Source of the DNA: Haplodiscus bocki
Taxonomy: Eukaryota
Assembly: GCA_965655095.1 (NCBI GenBank)
Contig: OZ296659.1
Location: forward strand, 17,174,001-17,238,000
DNA length: 64,000 bases
Direction: 5' to 3'
The notes beneath the pieces are model-generated. The model was given only the letters and a program-made list of their open reading frames with translations, was not told the DNA's origin and did not search any database. Each line of letters opens with the position of its first letter. Position 1 is the first letter of the stretch. Shown here piece by piece: positions 63,101-64,000 of the stretch. The position numbers and the translations under genes are program-made.

Positions 63101-64000
63101 GATTGTGGCATTACGTATTTCCCTGAAAATCCTACAAAATTCAGAGAGATCAACGGAGAACAGAATTACATTTCCAGATCCTGTGAAAAACCCCAAAGCA
63201 TTCCCAGCAACGATCAACATATCTGTGTTGTTGATGATCAGCTGCATGGCTCTAATATCTTTATGAACCCGTACAATTTATGGGACCTGGTTCCAGCAGC
63301 ACTTTTGTCACTCTGCCACACGAATGATACATACTCTTTGTTCAATCAGTATCCTCAACCAACAACTCAGCAACCTAGAGCCGACTCATATCCGGTGTTC
63401 TCTGCATTACGAACGATGAACAGTAAATGGAAGGGATTGCGCGTCAGTTTTGCATTCTTTCAAAGAAATTACTTACCGGACGGACGAATGAACGAAACAG
63501 TTGCTAAGGTTGAAGAGTTGAGTGATCTCTGGAAGCCGAGCAATGGATGGAACTCCACTTTTTGTGATGATTTGTAATTGTATCTAAGTGTAGCTATTTC
63601 TTTCACTTGTTTGATTTCTATTGTTTGCTGGTGTAATATTTGTTGTTTTTTCGAAAATTTACCGTTTTTGTTCCCTTTCTTTGACGATTTTGAGTGAGGA
63701 GTAAAAATTCATTGACATTTTGTATGTAAGGTAACACTCCTTTCGGTAACCGAAGCCGCAACTTATGTTCGTACATTGGAGAAGTTCACCCTAGCGTAAC
63801 ACATAGGTGCACACCCTCCTCAGACACCGCTCTCTATAACCTACTTCAATACTTGATCAAGTCGGTCCTCTGCCTGCTCAGAGGACATGACGTCATCAAA
63901 AAGGAGTCCTTGAATTCAGACTACTTATCTCTGTACCGTGCAAACTTCATAGTCTCTAGTGGAACCTTGTTAAATAACATTCACCTATCTACGTATATCA
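60144..64000 (+). repeat. Direct repeat A, copy 2 (longer 30-bp array 60550-61360)
   Basis: Colinear with 52039-55431; runs off the window end. Confidence 0.9.

Larger units (their letters stand above)
49790..64000. mobile_element. Rearranged remnants of a second large DNA element family (Polinton-like AGTAGT termini, 30-bp arrays, decayed small ORFs)
   Basis: Abrupt break of the 1-kb repeat at AGTAGTAAGAGTGTGAGC; second such terminus at 50351; shared array modules to the window end; no core Polinton gene recognised. Confidence 0.5.

Overview
AT-rich eukaryotic (animal-like) genomic DNA, almost entirely repeats and decayed mobile elements; the species cannot be determined from the sequence. 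The only host gene is the first coding exon of the mitochondrial tRNA-modification GTPase GTPBP3/MnmE (1747-2103, minus strand), with an RTE-like LINE in its intron. A degenerate ~1-kb tandem macro-repeat forms the backbone (3.4-11.4, 14.0-16.8, 34.1-37.7 and 44.5-49.8 kb). Four things interrupt it. (i) A CR1-like LINE with an extra upstream SGNH-esterase-like ORF, itself interrupted by an RT-less CR1. (ii) A decayed Polinton/Maverick (11417-34116; AG...CT TIRs) encoding pPolB, integrase, major capsid, packaging ATPase, two minor capsids, protease, RING and HTH proteins; its left end is tandemly duplicated and its protease is split by a 1.53-kb solo LTR. (iii) A Gypsy-like LTR plus gag. (iv) From 49790, a second large element family with nested AGTAGT termini, 30-bp repeat arrays ending in CCAAT/CRE-like motifs, an ORF with PP1-docking (SILK+RVxF) motifs, and a 4.4-kb palindrome flanked by ~3.4-3.9-kb direct repeats. 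There is a 200-N gap at 13039-13238. Protein assignments come from manual motif reading across frameshifts, identity values are visual estimates, and no searches were run.
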